From: an uncultured Verrucomicrobiota bacterium
GTDB lineage: Bacteria; Verrucomicrobiota; Verrucomicrobiia; Limisphaerales; UBA8199
Direction of reading: 5' to 3'
Assembly: GCA_964401575.1 (NCBI GenBank)
Contig: CAYNZC010000004.1
Coordinates: 3,819 to 67,818 of the forward strand
DNA: 64,000 nt
Below the pieces are notes generated by a model, which was not told the DNA's origin, did not search any database, and worked only from the letters and a program-made list of their open reading frames with translations. This document shows positions 56,035-64,000 of the stretch, one piece after another (within the stretch, counting starts at the first letter, position 1; each line of letters opens with the position of its first letter). The position numbers and the translations under genes are program-made.

Positions 56035-57096
56035 ATGAATACCGAACCGACGGGCAACTTTACACCGGCATGCCCGCTGCCGTTGAGCGATTACCCGCGA
56101 GTCCTCCTCGCCCATGGGGGCGGCGGCAAACTCATGCACGATCTGATCGCGAAGCTCATCGTGCCGGGTTTCGAGAATCCCCTGCTGCGCAGGCAGCACG
56201 ACTCGGCTGTGTTCACAGTGGGACAAGAGCATTTGGCCTTTACCACGGATTCCTATGTCGTGCGTCCCATTGTTTTTCCGGGCGGAGATCTCGGTTCGTT
56301 GGCCGTGCATGGCACGGTCAATGATCTCGCCATGGCCGGCGCGCGGCCTCTCTACCTGAGCGCGGGTATGATCATCGAAGAAGGTTTGCCGATGGAAACG
56401 TTGCGCGCCATCGTGATCTCGATGCGTGCGGCGGCCGACGCCTGCGGTGTCCAAATTGTAACCGGCGACACCAAGGTGGTGGATAAGGGCAAGGGAGACG
56501 GCCTTTTCATCAACACGGCCGGAGTGGGTGTGATCGGGCATGGACTGAACATTCATCCGGAAAGCATTCGGCCGGGTGATGCAATCCTTGTGAACGGCGA
56601 CCTCGGGCGTCACGGCATGGCGATCATGGCGGTTCGGGAAGGGCTTGAGTTCGAGAGCTCCATCGAAAGCGACAGCGCGCCGGTCTGGCCCATTGTGCAA
56701 GCATTGTTGGAAGGGGGAATTGAGGTGCATTGCCTGAGGGATATCACCCGCGGGGGACTGACCAGCGTGCTGAACGAAATATCCGCGGCCTCCGACCGCA
56801 TTTTGCAGGTGGATGAAAGCCTCGTTCCGGTGCGGCCTGATGTTCGCGCCGCCTGCGAGATATTGGGGTTTGATCCTTTGCAGGTGGCTTGCGAGGGCCG
56901 CTTCGCGGCTTTTGTTCCTGGAGAACAGGCTCCGGCGGCCATGGAAATCATGAGAAAATTCCCGCACGGTCAGGGCGCCTGCAGGGTAGGGGAGGTCACA
57001 TCTCATCCAGGCAGTCGTGTTTTGTTGAAGAGCATCATTGGCGCAACGCGCATTCTGGACATGAGCAGCGGCGAGCAGTTGCCGCGAATCTGCTGA
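56035..57096 (+). CDS. hypE: Hydrogenase maturation carbamoyl dehydratase HypE
   Basis: AIR-synthase-like fold motifs (LAHGGGG, DSYVV.P..FPGGDLG, GDTKVV) and the canonical C-terminal PRIC. Confidence 0.9.
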   Translation: MNTEPTGNFTPACPLPLSDYPRVLLAHGGGGKLMHDLIAKLIVPGFENPLLRRQHDSAVFTVGQEHLAFTTDSYVVRPIVFPGGDLGSLAVHGTVNDLAMAGARPLYLSAGMIIEEGLPMETLRAIVISMRAAADACGVQIVTGDTKVVDKGKGDGLFINTAGVGVIGHGLNIHPESIRPGDAILVNGDLGRHGMAIMAVREGLEFESSIESDSAPVWPIVQALLEGGIEVHCLRDITRGGLTSVLNEISAASDRILQVDESLVPVRPDVRAACEILGFDPLQVACEGRFAAFVPGEQAPAAMEIMRKFPHGQGACRVGEVTSHPGSRVLLKSIIGATRILDMSSGEQLPRIC

Positions 57097-57113
57097 CCCG
57101 CCTCGGCACGGCG

Positions 57114-59213
57114 TCAAGCCGATCGGGGTGTCCCGTCAGCTGCGGCGATCAATTGACGCGCATATTTCCGCAGCAGCTCACGGTCCTCTTCGTTTATTCC
57201 TTCCGGATCGAACCGGTAGCGGTAGTGCAGGCGCAGCAATCCGCGGACTGTATCCTGGGACTCGCGAAGGCTCGGTATGGATTGAGCTCCCCGGAGCATC
57301 CATTGGGTGACCGGCTCTGCCGGCTGGCGAATGAAGCCCTTTTTCTCGAGGCGCTTTTCGAGCTCATAGAATTCGGAATCCAGTCCCGGCCAATCAACTC
57401 TGACGGCGGATTTTCCGGCCGAGCGGTGGGCCCGCCTGCGGCGGCTGAAGACTATCTGTGCGAAAAGCAGGATAAGAATGGGCACGACAACCCAGAGAAT
57501 GTATTCGCGCAGGCGGGTCTGGCCCCACCGAATCCTCAGAACCTCGAAAACCACTCGTGACCAGGCATCCGAAAGCGTTCGCCGCCATCCGGGGCTGCCC
57601 CGGGACGCCGCCCATGAGGCGGGTGTCGTGTCAAAGTCTCTCCACTGGCTGCGAGCGCTGTCCCAAACCATGCACCATGCATGGGCATCACGCTCCCGCA
57701 CCACATATTTGCCCTCGCCGGCCGCGCGTTCGTGCACCATGTAGCCCACTGCGTAGCGCGCGGGGATGTCGAGCCGGTGCAGGATGAGCACGGTCGCTGT
57801 CGCAAAATACTCGCAATGCCCCTTGCGCGTTCTTAGCAGAAATCTCGTTAACGGAGGAATGCCCTGTTCGCCCGGATGACGCGGCCGCTCCTGCCAAAGA
57901 CTGTATTCGAAGGTGGAAAAGAATTGTTCCAGTTTCTTCAAAACCACATCGTGCGGTTTTCCAGCCAGTTCGAGCTCCTGGATAATGGCATCGAGCGCAG
58001 CTTGCTCGCGCTGGGGCACGCTGAGGTCAGCGGCCGTCGGCGCGCTGTCCATCACTGGCCCGGGTCCGAACATCGCATCAAAGATGACCAGGCCGGGCCC
58101 CTGCGCATGGACGGCGCCGAAGGCATTCTTTTCGAGGAAGAACGCCGCGAGGTTGGTGAGCCTGCCAGCGGTAAGCGGCAGAGGAAGCAGACCGTGACGC
58201 CCCGGCAGGAAACATGAGACTTCGACGCAGGCGATATTCTTCTTGGCGGGAACGAGGGGGAAATTGCCGCCGGGAGGTTCCTCGTCAACGCGGTCAAAGT
58301 CCCGCCCCTCGCCATCGGCGTGCCACGTGGTTCGGCGATATTCGTTGTAACTGGCCTCCCGCAGGTAATCCGGAACCGGGCCATCCTTGGCCTCGACCCG
58401 GATGACAATGCGCAGCGAGTTCTGGATGCGCCCGATCTGGCCCAGGGATGTCTTGGTTTGCGAGGCGTCCGTCTGCCCGGGCCGGAAAGAGGACAACCAC
58501 TGGGGGTCCAGCGCTTCGATGTATTGCTGCAGGCGGCTCAGGGTGAATTGGCCTGCCCAGGCAAGGGCGACCGCTGCAAGCATTGCGCCCGCCCATGTGG
58601 CGATGGAGAAACGCCGGGATCTTAGCGGAAACAGCCCCCACATGAGCAGGGCGCCGGCTCCCCAAAAGAAGGAGTGGTTCTTCTCGGTCTGAATGCTCGA
58701 GGAAAACAGGCAGACAACGAAGTAAAGATAGGAAACGTCAATGTAGCGGTTGGGCGGCGGCGGTTTCCCCTCCTTTTTGGCCTTCTTCCATCTGCGCCGC
58801 ATGATCAGCGAAACCGTGGTGAGGGGCACACCGCTGTGCGAACTGTACTCCTGCGCGGCTACGAAAAGGAAAAACAGCATGGGCAGCCACCGGATGATGG
58901 CGGCAGCGGTGCGGGCGCTCGTCACCCCGGCGCGGGTCTGGTTGCGGAGCCCGGGATCCTGAAACATATCGGCAAACCGGGAGGGGCCTTCGTTCAGGGT
59001 GAACGCGTAAACAACTGACGACAGCAGGAGCAGTGTGCAAAAAGTCCAGATGCGTCCAAACTCGTCATCGGAAATCTCCCAGCGCGTTCGGGTGAAACGC
59101 GGGAGTTCGATGATCAGGGCGAGGATCAGTCCCACTCCTGTGAAGCCGCTCTGCCAGCCCCAGAACGCCAGGGTTGCGCCGAGCAGTAATGGCGGCGTTT
59201 TGGGAGCGCTCAT
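57114..59213 (-). CDS. Transglutaminase-like membrane protein (TgpA-type: DUF3488 + TGase core)
   Basis: N-terminal multi-TM region. TGase core GHCEYFATATVLILHRLDIPARYAVGY ... DAHAW. C-terminal TM segment. The start overlaps the upstream DUF58 stop. Confidence 0.8.
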   Translation of the reverse strand: MSAPKTPPLLLGATLAFWGWQSGFTGVGLILALIIELPRFTRTRWEISDDEFGRIWTFCTLLLLSSVVYAFTLNEGPSRFADMFQDPGLRNQTRAGVTSARTAAAIIRWLPMLFFLFVAAQEYSSHSGVPLTTVSLIMRRRWKKAKKEGKPPPPNRYIDVSYLYFVVCLFSSSIQTEKNHSFFWGAGALLMWGLFPLRSRRFSIATWAGAMLAAVALAWAGQFTLSRLQQYIEALDPQWLSSFRPGQTDASQTKTSLGQIGRIQNSLRIVIRVEAKDGPVPDYLREASYNEYRRTTWHADGEGRDFDRVDEEPPGGNFPLVPAKKNIACVEVSCFLPGRHGLLPLPLTAGRLTNLAAFFLEKNAFGAVHAQGPGLVIFDAMFGPGPVMDSAPTAADLSVPQREQAALDAIIQELELAGKPHDVVLKKLEQFFSTFEYSLWQERPRHPGEQGIPPLTRFLLRTRKGHCEYFATATVLILHRLDIPARYAVGYMVHERAAGEGKYVVRERDAHAWCMVWDSARSQWRDFDTTPASWAASRGSPGWRRTLSDAWSRVVFEVLRIRWGQTRLREYILWVVVPILILLFAQIVFSRRRRAHRSAGKSAVRVDWPGLDSEFYELEKRLEKKGFIRQPAEPVTQWMLRGAQSIPSLRESQDTVRGLLRLHYRYRFDPEGINEEDRELLRKYARQLIAAADGTPRSA

Positions 59214-60553
59214 ATTATGGTGGACAGGCCCGCCTCGATCGAGCCGGTTTCGAGCACGTGAAAGCGTGCGGGGTTCGGCGACCTGGATCCATCCGGTTTT
59301 TGCGCGCCTTTTTCAATCACGACCAATACGAGGACCGGCAGGCCAAGACCTTCGAGCTTCCTTACAAATTCCATCCGCTCGTTGTCCCACTCGAGGAAAA
59401 CACAAACGCAGCCGCTCAGCGCCGTGGCACGATCAAGAACCAGGTGCTCCAGGTCGCTGAACGGACGCTTGCTGCACGGACGAACCGAGGAAAGTATCTC
59501 GAGCATTTGGTCGGCGTGCGCCAGGCCCCGGCCGGCGGTAAAACAGAACGATTCCGGACCCACAAACAGGAGGTCCAGCAGCGACTCTTGTGTGTCAATG
59601 GTGCACGCGAAGGATGCCGCCACAGACACCGCTTCCTCAAAGGCGTCGCTGTACGGCACAGAGGTAAAAGTGTCCAGCACCAGCGCGTGCCGCACGAAAA
59701 ACTCGTCCTCGAACTCCTTCACAACCGGTTTCCCGGATTTGGCCCAACTGCGCCAGTGGATGTGGCGGGGCGGATCGCCGTAGCGATAATCGCGCAGGGA
59801 AACGAACTCATCGCTGGGTCCTACCTTCGACGCCATCGCAACGCCGCCCTCCTGGTATTTCGTGGAACCCGGCAACGCAATCGCCGGCAGCCGATACCGC
59901 TTCGGGAGTATCACCATGGACTGCGGAAGCCGGACCTTGCGGAGAGCGCGGCAGAGGCCAAAGGGATCGGCGCGCCCGATGGTCACCCCCGAGAATCTAA
60001 GGATTCCTCGCCGCAAAGGCGTCAGTTCGATAGCCGCGTGTCCCTGCTGCATGGGGGCAAGAGGCGATACCGCGCCTTCCTTGACCTCGGCAAGTTTATA
60101 GGGATTGGTGCGTTGCCGTTGCTTGCTCGGGCGGAACGAGCGGAACTGGCGCTCCTCGGCAATCTGCACCTCGTACCAGTCCGGAAAAGCGGGCCTCGGA
60201 TCCACCAGGCTTTCCAGGATGGAAAGGCCCAACTGCGGCTTGTTGGTCAGGTTCTTCACTTGCACGTTGTAAGTCATCGGTTTGCCGACGGTGCCGAATC
60301 GCGGCACCCGCCGTTCGATTTCGAAGCGGCCTCCGAATTTCCATGCGAATGCCAGTGAGATCAGGATGGCTGCGAACGATAGCGCAAATGCCTGGTAGGC
60401 TAGGTTGTTGTCCGTGTCGGGCGCCATCATGATCGCCACCGCCATGACCGCAATCATGGCCAGCCCGCTTCGGGTGAACCTTCTGCTGCCGTGGTAGCCT
60501 ATCCACGAGGCCGCCCGGTGCAGCCGGTAAAGCAGTCGGAACAATGGTTTCAC
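59210..60553 (-). CDS. DUF58 domain protein
   Basis: DEFVSLRDYRYGDPPRHIHWRSWAKSGKPVVKEFEDE is the DUF58 signature. Two N-terminal TM segments. Confidence 0.85.
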   Translation of the reverse strand: MKPLFRLLYRLHRAASWIGYHGSRRFTRSGLAMIAVMAVAIMMAPDTDNNLAYQAFALSFAAILISLAFAWKFGGRFEIERRVPRFGTVGKPMTYNVQVKNLTNKPQLGLSILESLVDPRPAFPDWYEVQIAEERQFRSFRPSKQRQRTNPYKLAEVKEGAVSPLAPMQQGHAAIELTPLRRGILRFSGVTIGRADPFGLCRALRKVRLPQSMVILPKRYRLPAIALPGSTKYQEGGVAMASKVGPSDEFVSLRDYRYGDPPRHIHWRSWAKSGKPVVKEFEDEFFVRHALVLDTFTSVPYSDAFEEAVSVAASFACTIDTQESLLDLLFVGPESFCFTAGRGLAHADQMLEILSSVRPCSKRPFSDLEHLVLDRATALSGCVCVFLEWDNERMEFVRKLEGLGLPVLVLVVIEKGAQKPDGSRSPNPARFHVLETGSIEAGLSTII

Positions 60554-60564
60554 TGGACTCCGTT

Positions 60565-61602
60565 TCAGGAGGGGACTTTCGTTGCCTTTACGACCGCCTC
60601 CACCACACTGCGGGACGTCAGCCCCGAGAATCTCGCCTGGGGTTCCATGATCAGGCGGTGGGCGATGACCGGCACGGCAAGCTCCTGGATCAACTCGGGT
60701 GTCACGAACTCCAGGCCTTCGAACAATGCCAGCGCCTGCGTGCTCTTCATCAGGGCAATCGAGGCCCTGGGGCTGGCGCCGAGCTGTACACCCGTGGCGG
60801 ACCGGGTGGCCCCCACAAGATCAACAACATACTTTTTCAGCTCATCACTGAATCTTACGTTTTGTGCTGCGCGGCGCATTTCCAGCACCTCCGAAATAGT
60901 GGCGCAGGGCTTGAGATGCTCGATGGGATGCTCATGCTCCTGTGCAGTGAGAATGGCCACCTCCTCTTCGGGATCCACATAGCCCAGTGAGAACTGCATG
61001 GCAAAGCGGTCCATCTGCGCTTCCGGAAGTGGATAAGTGCCGCGAAATTCCACCGGGTTTTCCGTGGCAATCACAAAAAACAGCTTGGACAGATTCCTGC
61101 GTTCGCCTTCAACGCTTACCTGTGTCTCGCCCATGGCTTCCAGCAGCGCCGATTGTGTCCGGGGAGAGGCGCGATTGATCTCATCGGCCAGGAGTATGTC
61201 TGTGAAGACAGGCCCCTCGTGGAAGTGAAAACGCTGATCCTGTTGGCTGAAGACCGACACGCCGAGAATGTCCGACGGCAGCAGGTCCGGCGTGAATTGC
61301 ACCCGCTTGAAGGTCGCATCAATGGACCTGGCCAGCGCCTTGGCCAGTGTGGTCTTGCCTGTTCCAGGGTAATCTTCCAGCAGCACGTGGCCTCCGCTGG
61401 CGAGCGAGGCAAGCAGCTTCCGGGTGGATGCCGCCTGTCCGCGCATGACCATGGCGATGTTCCGGGAAATTCTTTCGTAAACGCTCCTGGCTCGATCGTG
61501 CGCTTCTTTGGCCTCACCGGCGGTCAGACCATGCGCAGTGCGTTTGGTTTCCACAGGAACCCCGTGCGAAGGGGGCAGGACGGATTCCGTCAATTGCGAC
61601 AT
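60565..61602 (-). CDS. MoxR-family AAA+ ATPase
   Basis: ATG at 61602. GHVLLEDYPGTGKTTLAKALA (Walker A), ILLADEINRASPRTQSALLEAM (Walker B / sensor), VIATENP. The upstream 369 codons of ORF 60565-62709 were rejected. Confidence 0.9.
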   Translation of the reverse strand: MSQLTESVLPPSHGVPVETKRTAHGLTAGEAKEAHDRARSVYERISRNIAMVMRGQAASTRKLLASLASGGHVLLEDYPGTGKTTLAKALARSIDATFKRVQFTPDLLPSDILGVSVFSQQDQRFHFHEGPVFTDILLADEINRASPRTQSALLEAMGETQVSVEGERRNLSKLFFVIATENPVEFRGTYPLPEAQMDRFAMQFSLGYVDPEEEVAILTAQEHEHPIEHLKPCATISEVLEMRRAAQNVRFSDELKKYVVDLVGATRSATGVQLGASPRASIALMKSTQALALFEGLEFVTPELIQELAVPVIAHRLIMEPQARFSGLTSRSVVEAVVKATKVPS

Positions 61603-61707
61603 ACCGGCCCAATCATAGCCGCTTTGCTCTTTCGATGCGAACCCTAAATCGCGCAAAATTGTGCAACATGCTTGCGAGCGTCGGATCTCCCGCCATATTC
61701 TCGATGC

Positions 61708-62808
61708 ATGGCTGATTTGCAGATTAAATCCGCCGGCGCCTGCCGGTTCGACATAATGGCTCTCGGAGAAATCATGCTGCGTCTCGACCCCGGCGAGGGG
61801 CGCGTGCGCACCGCGAGGGAGTTCAAGGTCTGGGAGGGCGGCGGCGAATACAACGTGGCGCGGGGACTGCGCCGCTGCTTCGGGCTTCGCGCGGCCGTAT
61901 GCACCGCTTTTGCCAACAACGATGTCGGCCGCCTGCTGGAGGATTTCATCCTGCAGGGCGGCGTAAGCGCGGAGTTCATTAAGTGGGCGCCCTATGACGG
62001 AGTGGGGCGCACAGTTCGCAACGGGCTGAATTTCACGGAGCGCGGCTTTGGTGTGCGCGGTGCCGTAGGCATTCCCGATCGCGGGCACACAGCGGCCAGC
62101 CAGCTTAAGCCCGGGGATTTCGATTGGGACCGCATCTTTGGCGAGCTTGGCGTTCGGTGGTTTCACACAGGCGGCATATTTGCGGCCCTGAGCGACACCA
62201 CACCCCGGTTGGTGATCGAGGCTGTCCAGGCTGCGCGCAAGCACGGGACCATCGTTTCCTATGACCTCAACTATCGACCCTCGCTCTGGAAAAGCATCGG
62301 CGGCAAGGCCCGTGCGCAGGAGGTGAACAGGGAGATTGCCAGGCATGTGGATGTGATGATCGGAAACGAGGAGGACTTTACCGCATGTCTGGGCATGGAG
62401 GTCGAGGGCGTGGATGAACATATATCGAAGATAGATGTCAGCGCTTTCAAGGGGATGATCCGCCGCGCAGTGGCCGCTTATCCGAATTTTAAGGTGGCCG
62501 CGACCACGTTGCGCGCTGTGCGCTCCGCCACTCGCAATGATTGGGGCGCGATCTGCTGGGCCGGAGGCGCCTTTTACGAGGCCGCGAACCGGCCCGACCT
62601 GGAGATCCTCGACCGCGTGGGCGGAGGGGATAGTTTTGCCAGTGGCTTGATCTACGGTTTCCTGGAGTTTAACGACGCGCAAAAGGCGGTGGAATACGGC
62701 GCGGCACACGGCGCGCTCGCAATGACGACTCCCGGCGACACCTCGATGGCTTCGTTGAGCGAGGTGGAAGCGCTGGTAAAGGGCGGCAGCGCGCGCGTGC
62801 AGCGGTAA
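61708..62808 (+). CDS. PfkB-family sugar kinase (2-keto-3-deoxygluconate-kinase-like)
   Basis: DIMALGEIMLRLDP...GGGEYNVARGL N-terminal motif. DRVGGGDSFASG C-terminal PfkB signature. Confidence 0.75.
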   Translation: MADLQIKSAGACRFDIMALGEIMLRLDPGEGRVRTAREFKVWEGGGEYNVARGLRRCFGLRAAVCTAFANNDVGRLLEDFILQGGVSAEFIKWAPYDGVGRTVRNGLNFTERGFGVRGAVGIPDRGHTAASQLKPGDFDWDRIFGELGVRWFHTGGIFAALSDTTPRLVIEAVQAARKHGTIVSYDLNYRPSLWKSIGGKARAQEVNREIARHVDVMIGNEEDFTACLGMEVEGVDEHISKIDVSAFKGMIRRAVAAYPNFKVAATTLRAVRSATRNDWGAICWAGGAFYEAANRPDLEILDRVGGGDSFASGLIYGFLEFNDAQKAVEYGAAHGALAMTTPGDTSMASLSEVEALVKGGSARVQR

Positions 62809-62957
62809 GCCGGGTTAAAACGGAATTGGCTTTTAGCGCTTTCCCATACCGAGCGCTGCGCGGGCGGGGCCTGTTTTATCGAGTGGACCACCCGCACACA
62901 ACGGTGAAACCAGGGGAGGAACGATTTCGCGCGGATCAATCCTGTTGTTGGCCGTAT

Positions 62958-64000
62958 CTATTCCAAGGCACGAAAATTCTCGATCCGGTGGAAGGTCAGA
63001 TAATTCGCGTCGTGGTTGTTGTGCGCGCCGCCCTGTCCGTCATCATGCGCCGTCCGGCAGGCAAAGATAATGTCCGCCCCTTCGACCAGCCACTCGACGT
63101 ATTGGAACCCGTGCTTCGTTATGTCGGGGTGACTGAGAATCACTTTATGCACCGTCCAATTCTTGAGGTCTTTCGAGCTGCTGATCGCCAGGGTGTTTCG
63201 TATCCGCGCGGGTTTTTCCGGGAGCTTGCCCGTTTTGTCTGCAACAATCGTCGGCAGTGACCAGTAGCGTCCGCTCCGGGGATCGTGCCGGATGGTGAAC
63301 TTCTTGGCTCCACCCGGGAAATCGACAAATCCTTTCTCCGGATCGAAGGAAACCCGGTTGCCGTCGGCGCTTACCTGCACGATGGCTGCCTTTTCCGGGA
63401 GATCTTTGGTCTCCACTCGCAGGATGTTCACCACGTTGCCTTTGGGATCCAGGACAGCATTGCCCTCCAGCCAGCCGCCCATGTCGTCGTCGTTCCAGGT
63501 CCGTTCGCTCGCGAGAAAGTTGCTGAATGTCCAGTTGGTGGCGACGAGCGGATCTGCTCCCTCCGCGATGGAGAGCATTCCCGCGCGGTAGCGTTCGCCC
63601 CACTTGGTGCTGGTCGAGGCTTCCTCAAAGGCGCGCCACAAACGCCCATCATGCGCGATAACCGGCATCGGCGCGGTATGGAATTGTCCCTTTGCGAGCA
63701 GGCCATTGCCGGTATCCACTGGCTCGGTCCAGGTGGTTCCCCCATCCGCAGAGCGCCGGATGACGATTTGCCCATGGTGCCTGTCGGTGCCCATCAGGTA
63801 AGCGGCTCCGTTATGCACGAATAGCGAAGACCAGAACGCTCCACGGATCTCCGCAGTCCTCCCCCAACTCTTTCCTTTGTCGGTCGAGCGAAATACCAGG
63901 GATGTGGCTAACTCATGCTCACGGCTCTTGGGTCCGAAAAAGTCGTGCGATGCGAGGTAGTTGCCATTCGTCCAAACGGCCAGCCCCGGCGAACCGATAT
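62958..64000 (-). CDS. BNR-repeat glycoside hydrolase (sialidase-like), 5'-truncated by window edge
   Basis: My manual translation shows the frame stays open upstream of the track's GTG (63818) through nt 64000. BNR motifs RSADGGTTW and STDKGKSW. Confidence 0.6.
   Translation of the reverse strand, partial: IGSPGLAVWTNGNYLASHDFFGPKSREHELATSLVFRSTDKGKSWGRTAEIRGAFWSSLFVHNGAAYLMGTDRHHGQIVIRRSADGGTTWTEPVDTGNGLLAKGQFHTAPMPVIAHDGRLWRAFEEASTSTKWGERYRAGMLSIAEGADPLVATNWTFSNFLASERTWNDDDMGGWLEGNAVLDPKGNVVNILRVETKDLPEKAAIVQVSADGNRVSFDPEKGFVDFPGGAKKFTIRHDPRSGRYWSLPTIVADKTGKLPEKPARIRNTLAISSSKDLKNWTVHKVILSHPDITKHGFQYVEWLVEGADIIFACRTAHDDGQGGAHNNHDANYLTFHRIENFRALE

Noticed and set aside
55903-57117. 404-aa minus-strand ORF
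   Set aside because: It lies entirely antisense to hypD/hypE, which carry unambiguous family motifs. It is an Arg/His/Ala-rich shadow ORF.
59174-60358. 394-aa plus-strand ORF
   Set aside because: It is antisense to the DUF58 gene, which carries its signature motif; a shadow frame.
61603-62709. Upstream 369 codons of the 714-aa minus-strand ORF 60565-62709
   Set aside because: It is antisense to the PfkB kinase gene and has no recognisable motifs. The MoxR domain starts at MSQLTES (ATG 61602), giving a normal 345-aa MoxR.

Overview
GC-rich bacterial chromosomal window. The gene content points to the PVC superphylum, most likely Verrucomicrobiota: two prepilin-type N-terminal methylation / H-X9-DG proteins, a PVC-type CxxCH heme-binding protein, a futalosine-pathway radical-SAM enzyme, DUF1080, a PmoA-like DUF6807 protein and several very large secreted LamG/Ig proteins. 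I call 51 protein-coding genes; both window edges cut a gene. I saw no rRNA, tRNA, CRISPR array, transposase or integrase. The left edge is the last gene of a BREX phage-defence locus (brxL, 5'-truncated), so the rest of BREX must lie upstream of the window. Housekeeping content includes gltA-sucC-sucD, trmB, an OPT transporter, hypF and hypCDE. The most unusual locus is an eight-gene, translationally coupled minus-strand operon (21113-29794). It encodes two paralogous HTH + PTS-EIIA(type 2/Ntr-like) proteins, then hyfB/C/E/F/G-like genes, then a ferredoxin-NuoB fusion. By my manual alignment the large-subunit homologue lacks all four [NiFe] cysteine ligands. That makes it an energy-converting-hydrogenase-related (Ehr-like) complex of unknown substrate with a built-in PTS-type regulatory pair. 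Other points worth a second look: (1) three secreted proteins share a ~65-75 aa C-terminal module ending in (F/Y)YR(V/L), and two of them sit directly next to prepilin-like H-X9-DG genes; (2) a secreted TPR + ~12 ankyrin repeat + 2x SLBB protein lies downstream of a two-component system; (3) the hyp maturation set is split and has no hypA/hypB and no competent hydrogenase nearby; (4) a 540-bp leader carries attenuator-like alternative hairpins. All family assignments come from motif recognition by eye. No searches were run.
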